Source: Candidatus Methanoplasma cognatum (GTDB lineage: Archaea > Thermoplasmatota > Thermoplasmata > Methanomassiliicoccales > Methanomethylophilaceae). Taken from it: a DNA stretch of 64,000 nucleotides. Positions 8,101-17,468 of the stretch are shown here, piece after piece. The translations under genes and the position numbers were made by a program. The first letter of the stretch is position 1, and every line of letters begins with the position of its first letter. The notes under the pieces were generated by a model. That model saw nothing but the letters and a program-made list of their open reading frames with translations, made no database searches and was not told the DNA's origin. The stretch lies in contig WRLM01000005.1 in the NCBI GenBank assembly GCA_009777615.1, positions 23,370 to 87,369 on the forward strand, read 5' to 3'.

Positions 8101-11100
8101 TCTGGAACGATATTCGTTCCGGACGGAGAAAGCATAACTCTCGAACACAGAGTGACAGCGTTGGACGGAGCGTTCGTTTCGTGGACAGGGGACATATACT
8201 CGACCGAACCCAGCATCATCCTTTCGAGCGGCGATAATTCCGATCTTTATCAGACGGTGATGTTCGCGTCCACTGTAGACACCTGGGAACTTACGCTCAA
8301 CCCCGGCGCGGGCGCAACTGCGGATGTGACGTATGGTTCGATGACCTTTACATATCCGTCGTCAGGCAATATGAACATACCGAACGGCGAAGCGTATGTT
8401 GAACTGAAAGATCCGCTTCCCGTTGGTAAGGCGTTCCTATATTGGTGGGGTACTGAGAATTATGTTACCCAGGCCTTCACGGCGAACATAGACGGGACGA
8501 ACATAGACCGCAGCTATACAGCGGCCTATGACGATGAGGCCAATGTTGTTACCCTGACGATAGAAGCGCCGGTGAAGGGAACTATCGGGCTTAAAGTCAA
8601 CAGTCTTACGATATCCGACATACCGTTCGGCGAACCCTTTAACGTCAGCAAGGACCACACGGCCGAGCTGAGCGCCGCACCGATGCCGGACTACGCATTC
8701 CTACACTGGGTCACTGACACATTGGGCAACTGCGGCAACAATCCATGGTCGTTCAGGGTCAGCGCCGATACGGAGGTAGACTCCATGTTCGTCCTTGCGA
8801 CCGATGTCCGCGTGCTTACGCTGACCGCCGCCGCCGGAGGAAGCGCATCGTATGCTTACACTTCTCCGTCTTCATTGACCATCACGGGGAGCGTCACGAC
8901 GAGCAGCATAAACGTCAATATTCCGATGAACACGTATGTGTCCCTTACGCATGCCGCATCCGGCGGCTATGCGTTCACGTACTGGTCGGGGAGCAAACCG
9001 GGTGTGGACAGCCCTCTGATATTTGAGATGGATGCTCCGTACTCCGTAACGGCCAACTTCACAAACAACGGCAGGGCCCTGACGATCGGAACGGACGGAG
9101 GACCCGGAACCGTTTCGATAACTATCGCCGCAACATCCACGACATTTGTTCTGGTGGAATCCACGGATGATACTCCGGCGGTCAAGACCATAACACTGCC
9201 TCTGAATGCTACCGGTTCGCTCACCGCATCGACGAGTCTGCCGTCACACTTCTCTGCCTGGTACAGCGGCTCTACTCCCGCCCTGTCTGGTCCGGATCCC
9301 ACAGTCTACTTCAGCCTGACAGGGAACCAGTCGGCCACAGCATTGTTTACGAAAGGCATAAGTGACCGGACTCTGACGCTGTCGGTGACAGGCACCGGCA
9401 CAATAACTCTGGAATTCGACTCGTATGTCATACATGATATAACCAGAGGCGGTGTGCGGGCGATATACCTCAGCGATGGTACGGATGTGATACTCGAAGC
9501 AGTGGAAACGGACGACGCCTCTCCATTTGAATTCTGGAGACGTACCGCTGGGGTCAGTTTTGATAACCCCTTTGATGTGAAAATGGATCAGGACCACGCT
9601 CTCGATGCAGTATTCACAACGTCTGGCGCCCTGCAGGTCAACATCGGAGTTCCGTTCAGCGATGGAACAGTGGGGGTATACATCGATGGGGACCCATACC
9701 CTACTACAACGGTCACGACGGGGACATGGACCAGGAACCTGCCAGTGGGCGCAGTAGTGACATTGGTGCCCGGCAGTGACTTCTCTTTCTGGGCAGGCAC
9801 CTACGGAGGAGTGGCCAACCCGCTGACCTTTACTCTCAGCATCAACTCCGTTTCTGTCGACGCATACTTTGCGCCGGGCGGCAGTGATCTTGTGATAGAT
9901 ATAGAAGGAACAGGAAATGTGGTCGTCAAATCATTGAGCACATCATTGGGCGTGGTGATACCGGCTTCAGGGTTCACAGTAACTCCGGCCGGCGCCCCGT
10001 TGACTATCCTGCTGGCATCCGGTACCTCTGTGGAATTGGAAGCGGCCCCCGCCCCTCCCGCAGGAGGCATCTTCTCCTACTGGAGCGGCTCATACCCAGG
10101 TATCGAACCGGAACTGACATTTGCTATGGGAGGCAGCGACGAGGCGGTCACGGCGAATTTCGTCGTGGGAGTGCCCGTCTACCTGACACTTGATACGGCA
10201 GGAGGACCCGGAACAGTGGGCGTATCCGTTGACGGTGACCAGATATATTCGGGGACCAGCGTAACGGTACCCTTCACATCCGGTACGGAAGTGGAGATAT
10301 CCGCGACGGCGGCGGGCGGTAATTTCTCATATTGGACGGTCAACACCGCCGCATCGCCTCTTGGCTTCCGGATATTCGACACACCGCAGGAGATCATAAT
10401 GGGAGGCACCTATTCCCTTACGGCAAACTTCACCGCGGCAGGAGACGAGAAGTCCCTCGACCTTGATGTGGGAGGGGCTGGAACAGGTTCTATAAATGTG
10501 ATCGTGGCGGCGGGCGGAGGCTCGCAGAGCATCTCTTCCGCAAAAACACTCTACTTCAGCACCGGAGCGGACGTGGCCCTGGCGGCGGAGACCGTCAGCG
10601 ACATGTTCTCATACTGGAGCGTTGTCGGGGCTCTCCCTGCGGCATTTGACATCCTTAAGGGAACGACCCAGACAGTCCGTATGAACGGCAACTACGATCT
10701 GACGGCCGTTTTCGCCGGCCCGGGGTACAGCACCCTTACGCTGTCCGTGATCGAAACGGGCACCATAACCGTGACGATCGACGGCGTAAGCTCGACGGTC
10801 ACATCGTACACCGGATACTTTGATAACACGGCGACGGTCGGCCTGACGGCTGTGGAGGGGGCATACACCAAATTCTCCTACTGGAGCGCAGGTGCGGGGT
10901 CGCTGCCTGCGGGCTTCGACCCCATAGAACCCACTCTGCAGTCTGTGGGCATGGGCAGTTCTTATAACATAGTCGCGAACTTTACCGAGACCTCCTACCG
11001 TCTCCTGAAGATCGACATATATCCGGCGGGTGCGGGAGAGGTGGATATAGGCATCGGAGGCAGTACCGTCACGACTGTGACGTCGCTGCAGGAGATGTAC

Positions 11101-14100
11101 ATAACCACAGACACGGTCGTGGTCCTGACCGCCGACGCATACGGTTCGGACAATATGTTCTCATTCTGGAGCGGCACCAGAGAAGGCATATCGGATACGC
11201 TGAACGTGACGATGAGCATCGCGCATGACATAACCGCAGTGTTCGCAGCCACAACAGGAGGCGTTACGCCATGGGATCTGGATGTGGAAGCGGACGGGCC
11301 AGGAAAGGTGCATGCTTTGATAGACGGCTATCCGATAGTGATCTCCGACTTCTATGGTCTGGGAGGCATACCTGTCACCGACGGAGTCCTGGTAGAGCTG
11401 GAGGCCCGCCCGGACACACTGGACGACACCTTCTATCTCTGGGTGAACGGCCCCGATGACGGAACCAGCACAAACCCGTCGACCTTCTACATCGATGATG
11501 ATCATTACATAATCGCTATGTTCACGAGTGCCGACGTTCTTGATCTGACGATAAACATCGTCGGCAACGGCACGGTCGATTACTCGATCAATGGCGGCAC
11601 TACGTACATAGCATATCCGGGATACACTGTTCAAATACCGTCCGGGACCACAGTTCACCTGCAGGCCAATCCGGGAGGCAGTAGCGCATTCTCATTCTGG
11701 AGCGGTGACTACGAGGGCGTGAGTGATGGAGCCAGCGATGACGTATTCTTCACAATGAATCACTCTCACACCATAACCGCACTGTTCACCACCGGCACAC
11801 CTTACACCCTGGCTTTGAGTATAGCGGGCGGCGAAGGATCAATAGGCGTCTCGGTCGAGATATCATCCGTGATGTATGGTTTCACATATACCAGTGCGAT
11901 GATGCCGGGCGTTGTGAACATCGATTCCGGCGTCGGTGTCACTCTAAAGGCGGTACCAGGTCCTAACAACCAGTTTTCCTACTGGTCGGGAACAGCCGTG
12001 CCCCCTACGTTCAGGATAGGGTTAGTCGAGAACGCTTTCCCCATGAATGACGACTACAATCTCACTGCGAACTTCACCGGAATCGATCACAGATCGCTCA
12101 CACTGGATATCTCAGGAGCCGGGACGATAGATCTGAAGATAGGGGCATATACGCACACGATCGTCGAGGCCGATCCAGCGTATGTGGGATACTTCAACAG
12201 CACTGATACTGTATCGCTTACAGCGGCACCAGTGAACCCGCTCATCACTTACTTCTCCTATTGGAACGTCACCGGCAGCACCCCGGGCGGATTCGATATA
12301 CTGGAGGATACGGAACAGGTGTTCACCACAAATGTCAACTACGTTCTCACAGCGGTATTCACCTCTGTGCCGTGGTACACTCTGGATATTTCCGCAGCGG
12401 GCAACGGTGAGGTCACTGTGGTGCTCGGCAGCGGAACATCCACTATAGCATCGGGCGGAAGCAGGACGCTGTACCTCAATGAGGACACGGAGGTCGGTCT
12501 GCTGGCAACAGAGACAGTTCCTGATAAGTTCTCGTACTGGCTCATACCTGTGGCAGGTAACATACCCGCCTCCTTTGACATATCCAGAGGTACGTTGCAG
12601 ACGATCAAGATGGAGGGCCACTATGATCTGACGGCGGTGTTCACAAACGGAACATACTACGAACTGACCCTGAAGGCAGTAGGTCCTGCCGGAACATACA
12701 TCGCTGGAACATACATCGAAGTGACGCCGGTCGGCGGAGGAGGATCATTCGAAGTAAGGTCCGTGTCTTACAAAGGGTATTTCTCATACGGAGATCAGGT
12801 CGAACTGGCGGCGTCTAACGACGCCGCAACACCGAACCGCTTCTCTTACTGGAGCGGTACCAGCATGCCTGCGATCAGCACTATGAATGCCGGACAGACC
12901 GTTACGGTAGAAGATAGCTACGATATGACTGCGAATTTCACTTCGAACAACCCCCGTATGCTCATAGTAGGGATAGACGGAGACGGAAGCGTCGAGGTCA
13001 GGTTCGACGGCAGCGTGATAGGCATACTATACTCAAACACAGTAACGTACGCATCCAACGGCGTTCAGGTCACCCTCACCGCAGCTCCGATAACGGGCGT
13101 ATTCTCGTTCTGGAGCAGTAATGCGGGTGACAGTGTGTCGAACGTCCTTGCGTTTGCTATGAGCAGAGACCGCAATGCGACAGCAGTGTTCACCGACGGA
13201 GATCATGATCTCTCGCTTGCCGTGAACGGCGCCGCTTACGGATCGATATCCACAACAATTGAGACTCTTACAGACATATACACCATATCTATATTCGGAA
13301 CAATAGCAACACCTGTTTCCATACCTTTGAGCGATGGAACTCAGGTATCTTTGGGAGCGGTCCCGTCAACTTCGCCTTTCACCCGCCACTTCTCATTCTG
13401 GACCGGTACGGTGCCAGGCACTTTGAATCCTTTGGATATCACGATGGACGGCGACTACGGACAGACGGCGTACTTCACCGACGGGGCGAACGACGTGCAG
13501 CTGGTGGTGATCTTCGATGACAATCTGGGTAATGTAGAGCTCACGGTCCCCAGCCTGTCCGCATCACCGGTTCCGCTGGTATCAGGCGAGACGGTCTGGC
13601 TGAGCAAGGATCTGACCATATCGTTGATGGGCATTGCCGCGCAGATCACTCCTGTGAACCACTTCTCTTACTGGAGCAGCTTCATCGCTTCGATAGACAA
13701 TCCGTGGGAATTCACGCTGAACAATCTCAGCTATACCGTTTACGCATACTTCACCGACGGAACGGATGATCAAGAGCTTATACTTGATACAGCAGGGGCT
13801 GGCAAGATATCGCTGGTGATAGAAACGGCCATGGGCCCCGTGGGTCCGATCGATGTGGTCAGCGGGGGAACATGGTTCAACGGCGGAACGGAGATAAAAC
13901 TTACACCTGTTGCAACAGGTGCGGGTAATCGGTTCTCGTACTGGTCGGGTTCGGCAATGCCGGATGACTTCGACACAAGTTCCGGGGCACAGCAGACCGT
14001 AGAGATGGAAGACAGTTACAGTCTCACGGCCAACTTCACCGATGGCTCCAATGACCGCAACCTGGCCCTTAACGTGAACGGCGACGGCATGATCTCAGTA

Positions 14101-16890
14101 ACGATAAGCAGCCACACCTTCACCACTGATCACCTGGATATCTGGCTCAGCGACGGGGACACAGTGACCATAGAGGCGGTACCGGACACATCCGGCACGC
14201 CGGCCTGGAAGTTCTCAAACTGGGAGATGTCCGCTACCAGCGACACTCCCTCGCCGTTCTTCTCCACGACGGAAGCGAATACTTTCGAAATGGACGGGGA
14301 TTACGATCTCACAGCGATATTCTTCAAAGACGGCACAGGCTTCATGCTTGACCTTGGTGTTGATGGGAATGGAAAGATCGGGCTGACCGTCGGAGGATTC
14401 GCCGAAACGGTGACCGTACATTTCAGTCACGAGTTCGCATCCAACACGGAAGTGATAATCGAAGCCATACCCGACACAGTAAGCACGCCGGCCTGGAAGT
14501 TCTCCAACTGGGAGATGTCCGCTACCAGCGACACTCCCTCGCCATTCTATGCTCTGTCGGAGGACAACATCTTCGAAATGGACGGAGATTACAATCTCAC
14601 AGCGATATTCTTCGAAGACGGCACAGGCTTCATGCTTGACCTTGATGTTGATGGGAATGGAAAGATCGGGCTGACCGTCGGAGGATTCGCCGAAACGGTG
14701 ACCGTACCTTTCAGTCACGAGTTCGCATCCAACACGGAAGTGACCATCGAAGCCATACCTGGCACAGTAAGCACACCGGCATGGAAATTCTCCAACTGGG
14801 AGGTGTCTGCTATGAGCGACACTCCCTCGCCGTTCTATGCTCTGTCTGATACCAACACCTTCGAGATGGATGGGGATTACGATCTCACCGCGGTATTCTT
14901 CGAAGACGGCACAGGCTTCATGCTTGAACTTGATGTTGATGGGAACGGAAAGATCGAGCTGACCGTCGGAGGATTCACCGAAACGGTCACCACGCCATTC
15001 CATTACGAGTTCGCACCAGACACGGAAGTGACCATAGAGGCCGTGCCGGACACATCCGGCACGCCTGTATGGAAATTCTCCAACTGGGAGGTGTCTGCAA
15101 CAAGCGGTACTCCATCGCCTTTCTCTGTTCTGTCGGAGGATAACACCTTCGAGATGGATGGCGACTATGATCTGACGGCGATATTCTTCGCGGACGGCAC
15201 AGGCTTCACTTTGGAACTCGGTGTAACTGGCAACGGAACCATAGGGCTGACCGTCGGAGGATTCACCGAAACGGTGACCACACCCTTCAGCCATGAGTTC
15301 GCACCAGACACGGAAGTGACCATCGAAGCCATACCAAACACGCTGAGCACGCCAGCCTGGAAGTTCTCCAACTGGTCGATGTCCGCGACCAGCGGTGTTC
15401 CGTCTCCGTTCTCTTCTCTGTCTGATACCAACACCTTTGAGATAGACGGGGATTACGATCTCACCGCGGCATTCTTCGAAGATGGTACAGGCTTTATGCT
15501 CGACCTTGATGTTGATGGCAACGGAACCATAGGGCTGACCGTCGGAGGATTCACCGAAACGGTCACCACGCCATTCCATTACGAGTTCGCATCCAACATG
15601 GAAGTGACTATAGAGGCTGTGCCGGACACATCCGGCACGCCTGTGTGGAAATTCTCTAACTGGGTGATGTCCGCAACAAGCGGTACTCCATCGCCTTTCT
15701 CTGTTCTGTCGGAGGACAACACCTTTAGGATGGGCGGGAACTATGACCTCACCGCGGTATTCTTCGCGGACGGCACCGGCTTCACCCTTGGCCTGGACGT
15801 TGACGGGAATGGAAAGATCGAGCTGACCATCGGAGGATTCACCGAAACGGCGACCACGCCTTTCAGCCACGAATTCGCACCCGGCACGGAAGTGACCATT
15901 GAAGCCATACCAGATACACTGAGCACGCCCCCCTGGGAGTTTTCTAACTGGGATATATCTGCGAATAGCGGCACTCCCGCGCCCTTCTCTGCTATGTATG
16001 ATACCAATACCTTCGATATGGACGGGGACTTTGATCTCACCGCGGTGTTCACCCCTCTGCCTATCGGGCTCCTGTATTATTCCATCACCGCTACTGCCGA
16101 CGGAGGATCTACGATCTTCCCTAGCGGAAAGGTAGCTGTTCTTAGAGGAGATAATCAGACCTTCAAATTCTCACCGGCTGAGGGATTTGTGATATCTGCG
16201 CTGATAGTAGATGGGATAACTCTTTCTCAGGAATACATAGACCGCGGTTTCTACACTTTCCGTGCCGTGAACATGAATCACAGCATAGAAGTGAAGAGCG
16301 TCAGAGATCCGAGGGCCGGCATAACTCTGACAATCGATGTGATGGGAGGGAAGGGACATGCCGAATACAGCGTGAACAATGAACCGCCCATAAGATATAC
16401 AGCAGCCGTTAATCTTTCAATGTACGACGACCTCACGCTCAGAGCATATGCGGATGACGGATATGAGTTCAAGGAGTGGAAGGACGGAAACAGTGTGTAC
16501 ACAGACTCTGTGATCTCGTTCAGTGTCACAGGGAACATGCAGCTGGAACTCTACTTCAAGGAGGACAAGGGTCTGTTCGACAGCTTAATGTGGTGGTTCA
16601 TTGGGGTCATTCTGCTGCTGGTCATATTGGGCATCCTGATATGGATCTTCCTCTTCTACAGAAGGACATACGAGGTCATCAGGGTCGACTATTCAGCGTC
16701 CATCGCTGGCAAGGAAAGAGCACGCAGGAGGAGAGCGTACACATTCTCAGTGGAGGGAGGACCCGCTGAAACGGTATCCTACCGTGTCGGAGAAGAGGGG
16801 CAGTGGAAGACGTTATCTCCAAATCAAAATGGAGAATATGTCATACCCGCAGGAGACGTGACAGACAAGCTGACGATAGAGCGCCGCTGA
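5125..16890 (+). CDS. Giant cell-surface repeat protein (adhesin-like, 3,921 aa as tracked)
   Basis: One uninterrupted ORF. The N-terminus is a Listeria-Bacteroides-type repeat (VSYNANNGFG..GYVFVGWSS..VVFYAQW). A region of periodic GxxIGGG motifs (GASIGGGG, PAIGGGG, GAAIGG, GAGIGGG) suggests a Gly-rich beta-helix. About 30 domains of roughly 90 aa carry FS(Y/F)W(S/T)G..LTA(N/V)F. A C-terminal TM (LMWWFIGVILLLVILGILIWIFLFY) is followed by a basic cytoplasmic tail. The tracked start is TTG and the true start is uncertain. Confidence 0.85.
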   Translation: MRTVSYNANNGFGPVPDTTTFEIGMDSSEVLFDPLPSRAGYVFVGWSSSPTEFDDHRTVEYGFTTPYEDRFFIGSTDVVFYAQWQEIPSASKFLLTNAATDQDRNREITWDPDENGGSGAYKYRVATNDANTTWSTWLILESNIIQFSSSGGFRWGSIVFTLTNNTPYPNDYRLYVVLDAISINDSRTAAGNNKVNINPGAKVIFQLVGDSTIIHNSISSAAIRAVEDGSGYSDVIITGQGEGSLKISRTNAAISTGALIGGNGGVSAGQSGEKGGHIRIESGSLELYHNSGGATLRGASIGGGGRTDGGYASGGDGGVFEMHGGKIESYQNSTLAVYSPAIGGGGASDTSIRAGHGGIITITGGSIDISQDCSDGTYGLRGAAIGGASNRNSKSGDSGTIDISGGTIIIKQTSGAVSGTGIGAASGQYYYASPGHAIGVNETGGQNYVSISGGYIEIHQTKTGTSIYGTLRGAGIGGGAGTEPGVPGGGADVRISGGYVLVDRKCTGTITRGQGAAIGGGAEETQPSVVNITGGNVNVRVSITAGTAAAYAGAALGSNLAPHSGSYVQIDGGVINISRTRGTAEMNVPIGSNGDFGKSPIINGGSIRASGNMDLTSGGYVVEDSQGKTLMMYVIDLEPTDNPQSLFVRKAGFLYSEYNDTERYADFHVQGRHMNLDVAGMYYDYLNLYLPIVDETTPHEISLEYDPSGLVKTFTAYKHSVSGDAVVAETNVGTTMYRVVYRLGNKLRYEDDIVHIADNVEFTQSIRAKTAHLNEAVAPWSLSYVERHNIDHNDDTAGKSVTSLGGEYDYFASEAPLVLAAGTVLVKTSYGNIEFKTGQHISGRLVITASDADRIDVVYHDDYTYIEDTTVTGPRSLTRVVGEGYNPIIIGYNVSDDPWERDGTELIAMTLPEPIDVLWTSALYKFVEWRLGSSAGSAYDPGDIYTIPAGSSTIDFYSVWGIRGYDVTVTIIGDEYGVVDYTIEGVTNTLTESGTIFVPDGESITLEHRVTALDGAFVSWTGDIYSTEPSIILSSGDNSDLYQTVMFASTVDTWELTLNPGAGATADVTYGSMTFTYPSSGNMNIPNGEAYVELKDPLPVGKAFLYWWGTENYVTQAFTANIDGTNIDRSYTAAYDDEANVVTLTIEAPVKGTIGLKVNSLTISDIPFGEPFNVSKDHTAELSAAPMPDYAFLHWVTDTLGNCGNNPWSFRVSADTEVDSMFVLATDVRVLTLTAAAGGSASYAYTSPSSLTITGSVTTSSINVNIPMNTYVSLTHAASGGYAFTYWSGSKPGVDSPLIFEMDAPYSVTANFTNNGRALTIGTDGGPGTVSITIAATSTTFVLVESTDDTPAVKTITLPLNATGSLTASTSLPSHFSAWYSGSTPALSGPDPTVYFSLTGNQSATALFTKGISDRTLTLSVTGTGTITLEFDSYVIHDITRGGVRAIYLSDGTDVILEAVETDDASPFEFWRRTAGVSFDNPFDVKMDQDHALDAVFTTSGALQVNIGVPFSDGTVGVYIDGDPYPTTTVTTGTWTRNLPVGAVVTLVPGSDFSFWAGTYGGVANPLTFTLSINSVSVDAYFAPGGSDLVIDIEGTGNVVVKSLSTSLGVVIPASGFTVTPAGAPLTILLASGTSVELEAAPAPPAGGIFSYWSGSYPGIEPELTFAMGGSDEAVTANFVVGVPVYLTLDTAGGPGTVGVSVDGDQIYSGTSVTVPFTSGTEVEISATAAGGNFSYWTVNTAASPLGFRIFDTPQEIIMGGTYSLTANFTAAGDEKSLDLDVGGAGTGSINVIVAAGGGSQSISSAKTLYFSTGADVALAAETVSDMFSYWSVVGALPAAFDILKGTTQTVRMNGNYDLTAVFAGPGYSTLTLSVIETGTITVTIDGVSSTVTSYTGYFDNTATVGLTAVEGAYTKFSYWSAGAGSLPAGFDPIEPTLQSVGMGSSYNIVANFTETSYRLLKIDIYPAGAGEVDIGIGGSTVTTVTSLQEMYITTDTVVVLTADAYGSDNMFSFWSGTREGISDTLNVTMSIAHDITAVFAATTGGVTPWDLDVEADGPGKVHALIDGYPIVISDFYGLGGIPVTDGVLVELEARPDTLDDTFYLWVNGPDDGTSTNPSTFYIDDDHYIIAMFTSADVLDLTINIVGNGTVDYSINGGTTYIAYPGYTVQIPSGTTVHLQANPGGSSAFSFWSGDYEGVSDGASDDVFFTMNHSHTITALFTTGTPYTLALSIAGGEGSIGVSVEISSVMYGFTYTSAMMPGVVNIDSGVGVTLKAVPGPNNQFSYWSGTAVPPTFRIGLVENAFPMNDDYNLTANFTGIDHRSLTLDISGAGTIDLKIGAYTHTIVEADPAYVGYFNSTDTVSLTAAPVNPLITYFSYWNVTGSTPGGFDILEDTEQVFTTNVNYVLTAVFTSVPWYTLDISAAGNGEVTVVLGSGTSTIASGGSRTLYLNEDTEVGLLATETVPDKFSYWLIPVAGNIPASFDISRGTLQTIKMEGHYDLTAVFTNGTYYELTLKAVGPAGTYIAGTYIEVTPVGGGGSFEVRSVSYKGYFSYGDQVELAASNDAATPNRFSYWSGTSMPAISTMNAGQTVTVEDSYDMTANFTSNNPRMLIVGIDGDGSVEVRFDGSVIGILYSNTVTYASNGVQVTLTAAPITGVFSFWSSNAGDSVSNVLAFAMSRDRNATAVFTDGDHDLSLAVNGAAYGSISTTIETLTDIYTISIFGTIATPVSIPLSDGTQVSLGAVPSTSPFTRHFSFWTGTVPGTLNPLDITMDGDYGQTAYFTDGANDVQLVVIFDDNLGNVELTVPSLSASPVPLVSGETVWLSKDLTISLMGIAAQITPVNHFSYWSSFIASIDNPWEFTLNNLSYTVYAYFTDGTDDQELILDTAGAGKISLVIETAMGPVGPIDVVSGGTWFNGGTEIKLTPVATGAGNRFSYWSGSAMPDDFDTSSGAQQTVEMEDSYSLTANFTDGSNDRNLALNVNGDGMISVTISSHTFTTDHLDIWLSDGDTVTIEAVPDTSGTPAWKFSNWEMSATSDTPSPFFSTTEANTFEMDGDYDLTAIFFKDGTGFMLDLGVDGNGKIGLTVGGFAETVTVHFSHEFASNTEVIIEAIPDTVSTPAWKFSNWEMSATSDTPSPFYALSEDNIFEMDGDYNLTAIFFEDGTGFMLDLDVDGNGKIGLTVGGFAETVTVPFSHEFASNTEVTIEAIPGTVSTPAWKFSNWEVSAMSDTPSPFYALSDTNTFEMDGDYDLTAVFFEDGTGFMLELDVDGNGKIELTVGGFTETVTTPFHYEFAPDTEVTIEAVPDTSGTPVWKFSNWEVSATSGTPSPFSVLSEDNTFEMDGDYDLTAIFFADGTGFTLELGVTGNGTIGLTVGGFTETVTTPFSHEFAPDTEVTIEAIPNTLSTPAWKFSNWSMSATSGVPSPFSSLSDTNTFEIDGDYDLTAAFFEDGTGFMLDLDVDGNGTIGLTVGGFTETVTTPFHYEFASNMEVTIEAVPDTSGTPVWKFSNWVMSATSGTPSPFSVLSEDNTFRMGGNYDLTAVFFADGTGFTLGLDVDGNGKIELTIGGFTETATTPFSHEFAPGTEVTIEAIPDTLSTPPWEFSNWDISANSGTPAPFSAMYDTNTFDMDGDFDLTAVFTPLPIGLLYYSITATADGGSTIFPSGKVAVLRGDNQTFKFSPAEGFVISALIVDGITLSQEYIDRGFYTFRAVNMNHSIEVKSVRDPRAGITLTIDVMGGKGHAEYSVNNEPPIRYTAAVNLSMYDDLTLRAYADDGYEFKEWKDGNSVYTDSVISFSVTGNMQLELYFKEDKGLFDSLMWWFIGVILLLVILGILIWIFLFYRRTYEVIRVDYSASIAGKERARRRRAYTFSVEGGPAETVSYRVGEEGQWKTLSPNQNGEYVIPAGDVTDKLTIERR
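8020..16050 (+). repeat. Array of about 30 divergent Ig-like/InlB-B-repeat-like coding domains, each about 85-96 aa
   Basis: The motif F-S-(Y/F)-W-(S/T)-G ... Y-(D/N)-L-T-A-(N/V/I)-F recurs at about 90-residue spacing throughout. Confidence 0.8.
14190..16050 (+). repeat. About 6.5 near-identical tandem copies of a 288-bp (96-codon) unit inside the giant gene
   Basis: The TGG of W(K/E)FSNW recurs at 14206, 14494, 14782, 15070, 15358, 15646 and 15934, an exact 288-nt period. Units differ by only a few residues. Confidence 0.9.
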
Positions 16891-16923
16891 GATTTAAACC
16901 CTTTAACAACATTTTCCAACAAA

Positions 16924-16950
16924 GGGGGCCTCACCCCCGACATTTTTCTC
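16924..16950 (+). terminator. Hairpin plus T-run downstream of the giant gene
   Basis: GGGGG-CCTCA-CCCCC is followed by GACATTTTTCTC, starting 34 nt after the TGA stop. Confidence 0.45.
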
Positions 16951-17175
16951 ACCAGATGCAGGCGCCGCAGGCTCTGAGTAATGTCGTGCAATAAGCATTC
17001 TCCGAATGCTTATCGCCGAGTGCAGCTCGGCATAGCGGTCATCTGCCTCGAGTAAGGCGGCTAGTAAACGATCATAAAGGTCTCAACCGTACTTCCCGCA
17101 TGTCTGAATTCATCCCGGCTCCCGCTTGCTCTGCGGTCGATGCAGTACATAGGGCAATGTCTGTCTGAGGCGTCG

Positions 17176-17415
17176 TTATCTCAAGTTGAACATTGCCTTC
17201 TGCATGAATGGAACGCCGGACGAGGTCGGTTCATCGTTCCACATAACGGCGAGCCCGTTCTGCATGGTCGAAGTTATTTCGACAGTGTCGCCGCTCATGT
17301 TCTCATCATTCTCTTCGTCCTCGTCGGACGAATATTCCATAGCATACACACCGACCAAGAACATTGCGACGCCGGCAACGGCCGCCAGTGCTATCAGGTA
17401 TTTGTCTTGGGTCAT
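17176..17415 (-). CDS. Small membrane-anchored acidic protein (79 aa); hypothetical
   Basis: An N-terminal TM (LIALAAVAGVAMFLVGVYA) is followed by an acidic stretch SSDEDEENDEN. An ATATAAATG context surrounds the start. Stop is TAA. Confidence 0.45.
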   Translation of the reverse strand: MTQDKYLIALAAVAGVAMFLVGVYAMEYSSDEDEENDENMSGDTVEITSTMQNGLAVMWNDEPTSSGVPFMQKAMFNLR

Positions 17416-17468
17416 TTATATCCCTGATACTCGGCAGGACATTGCCAATATAGGTAGATTGCGCCCGA

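Noticed and set aside
14215-15870. 551-aa ORF on the minus strand, inside the giant gene
   Set aside because: It lies exactly antisense to the 288-bp tandem repeats and is periodic for the same reason. Its translation is rich in R, G, E and C and is not protein-like. It is a shadow ORF kept open by the repeat composition.
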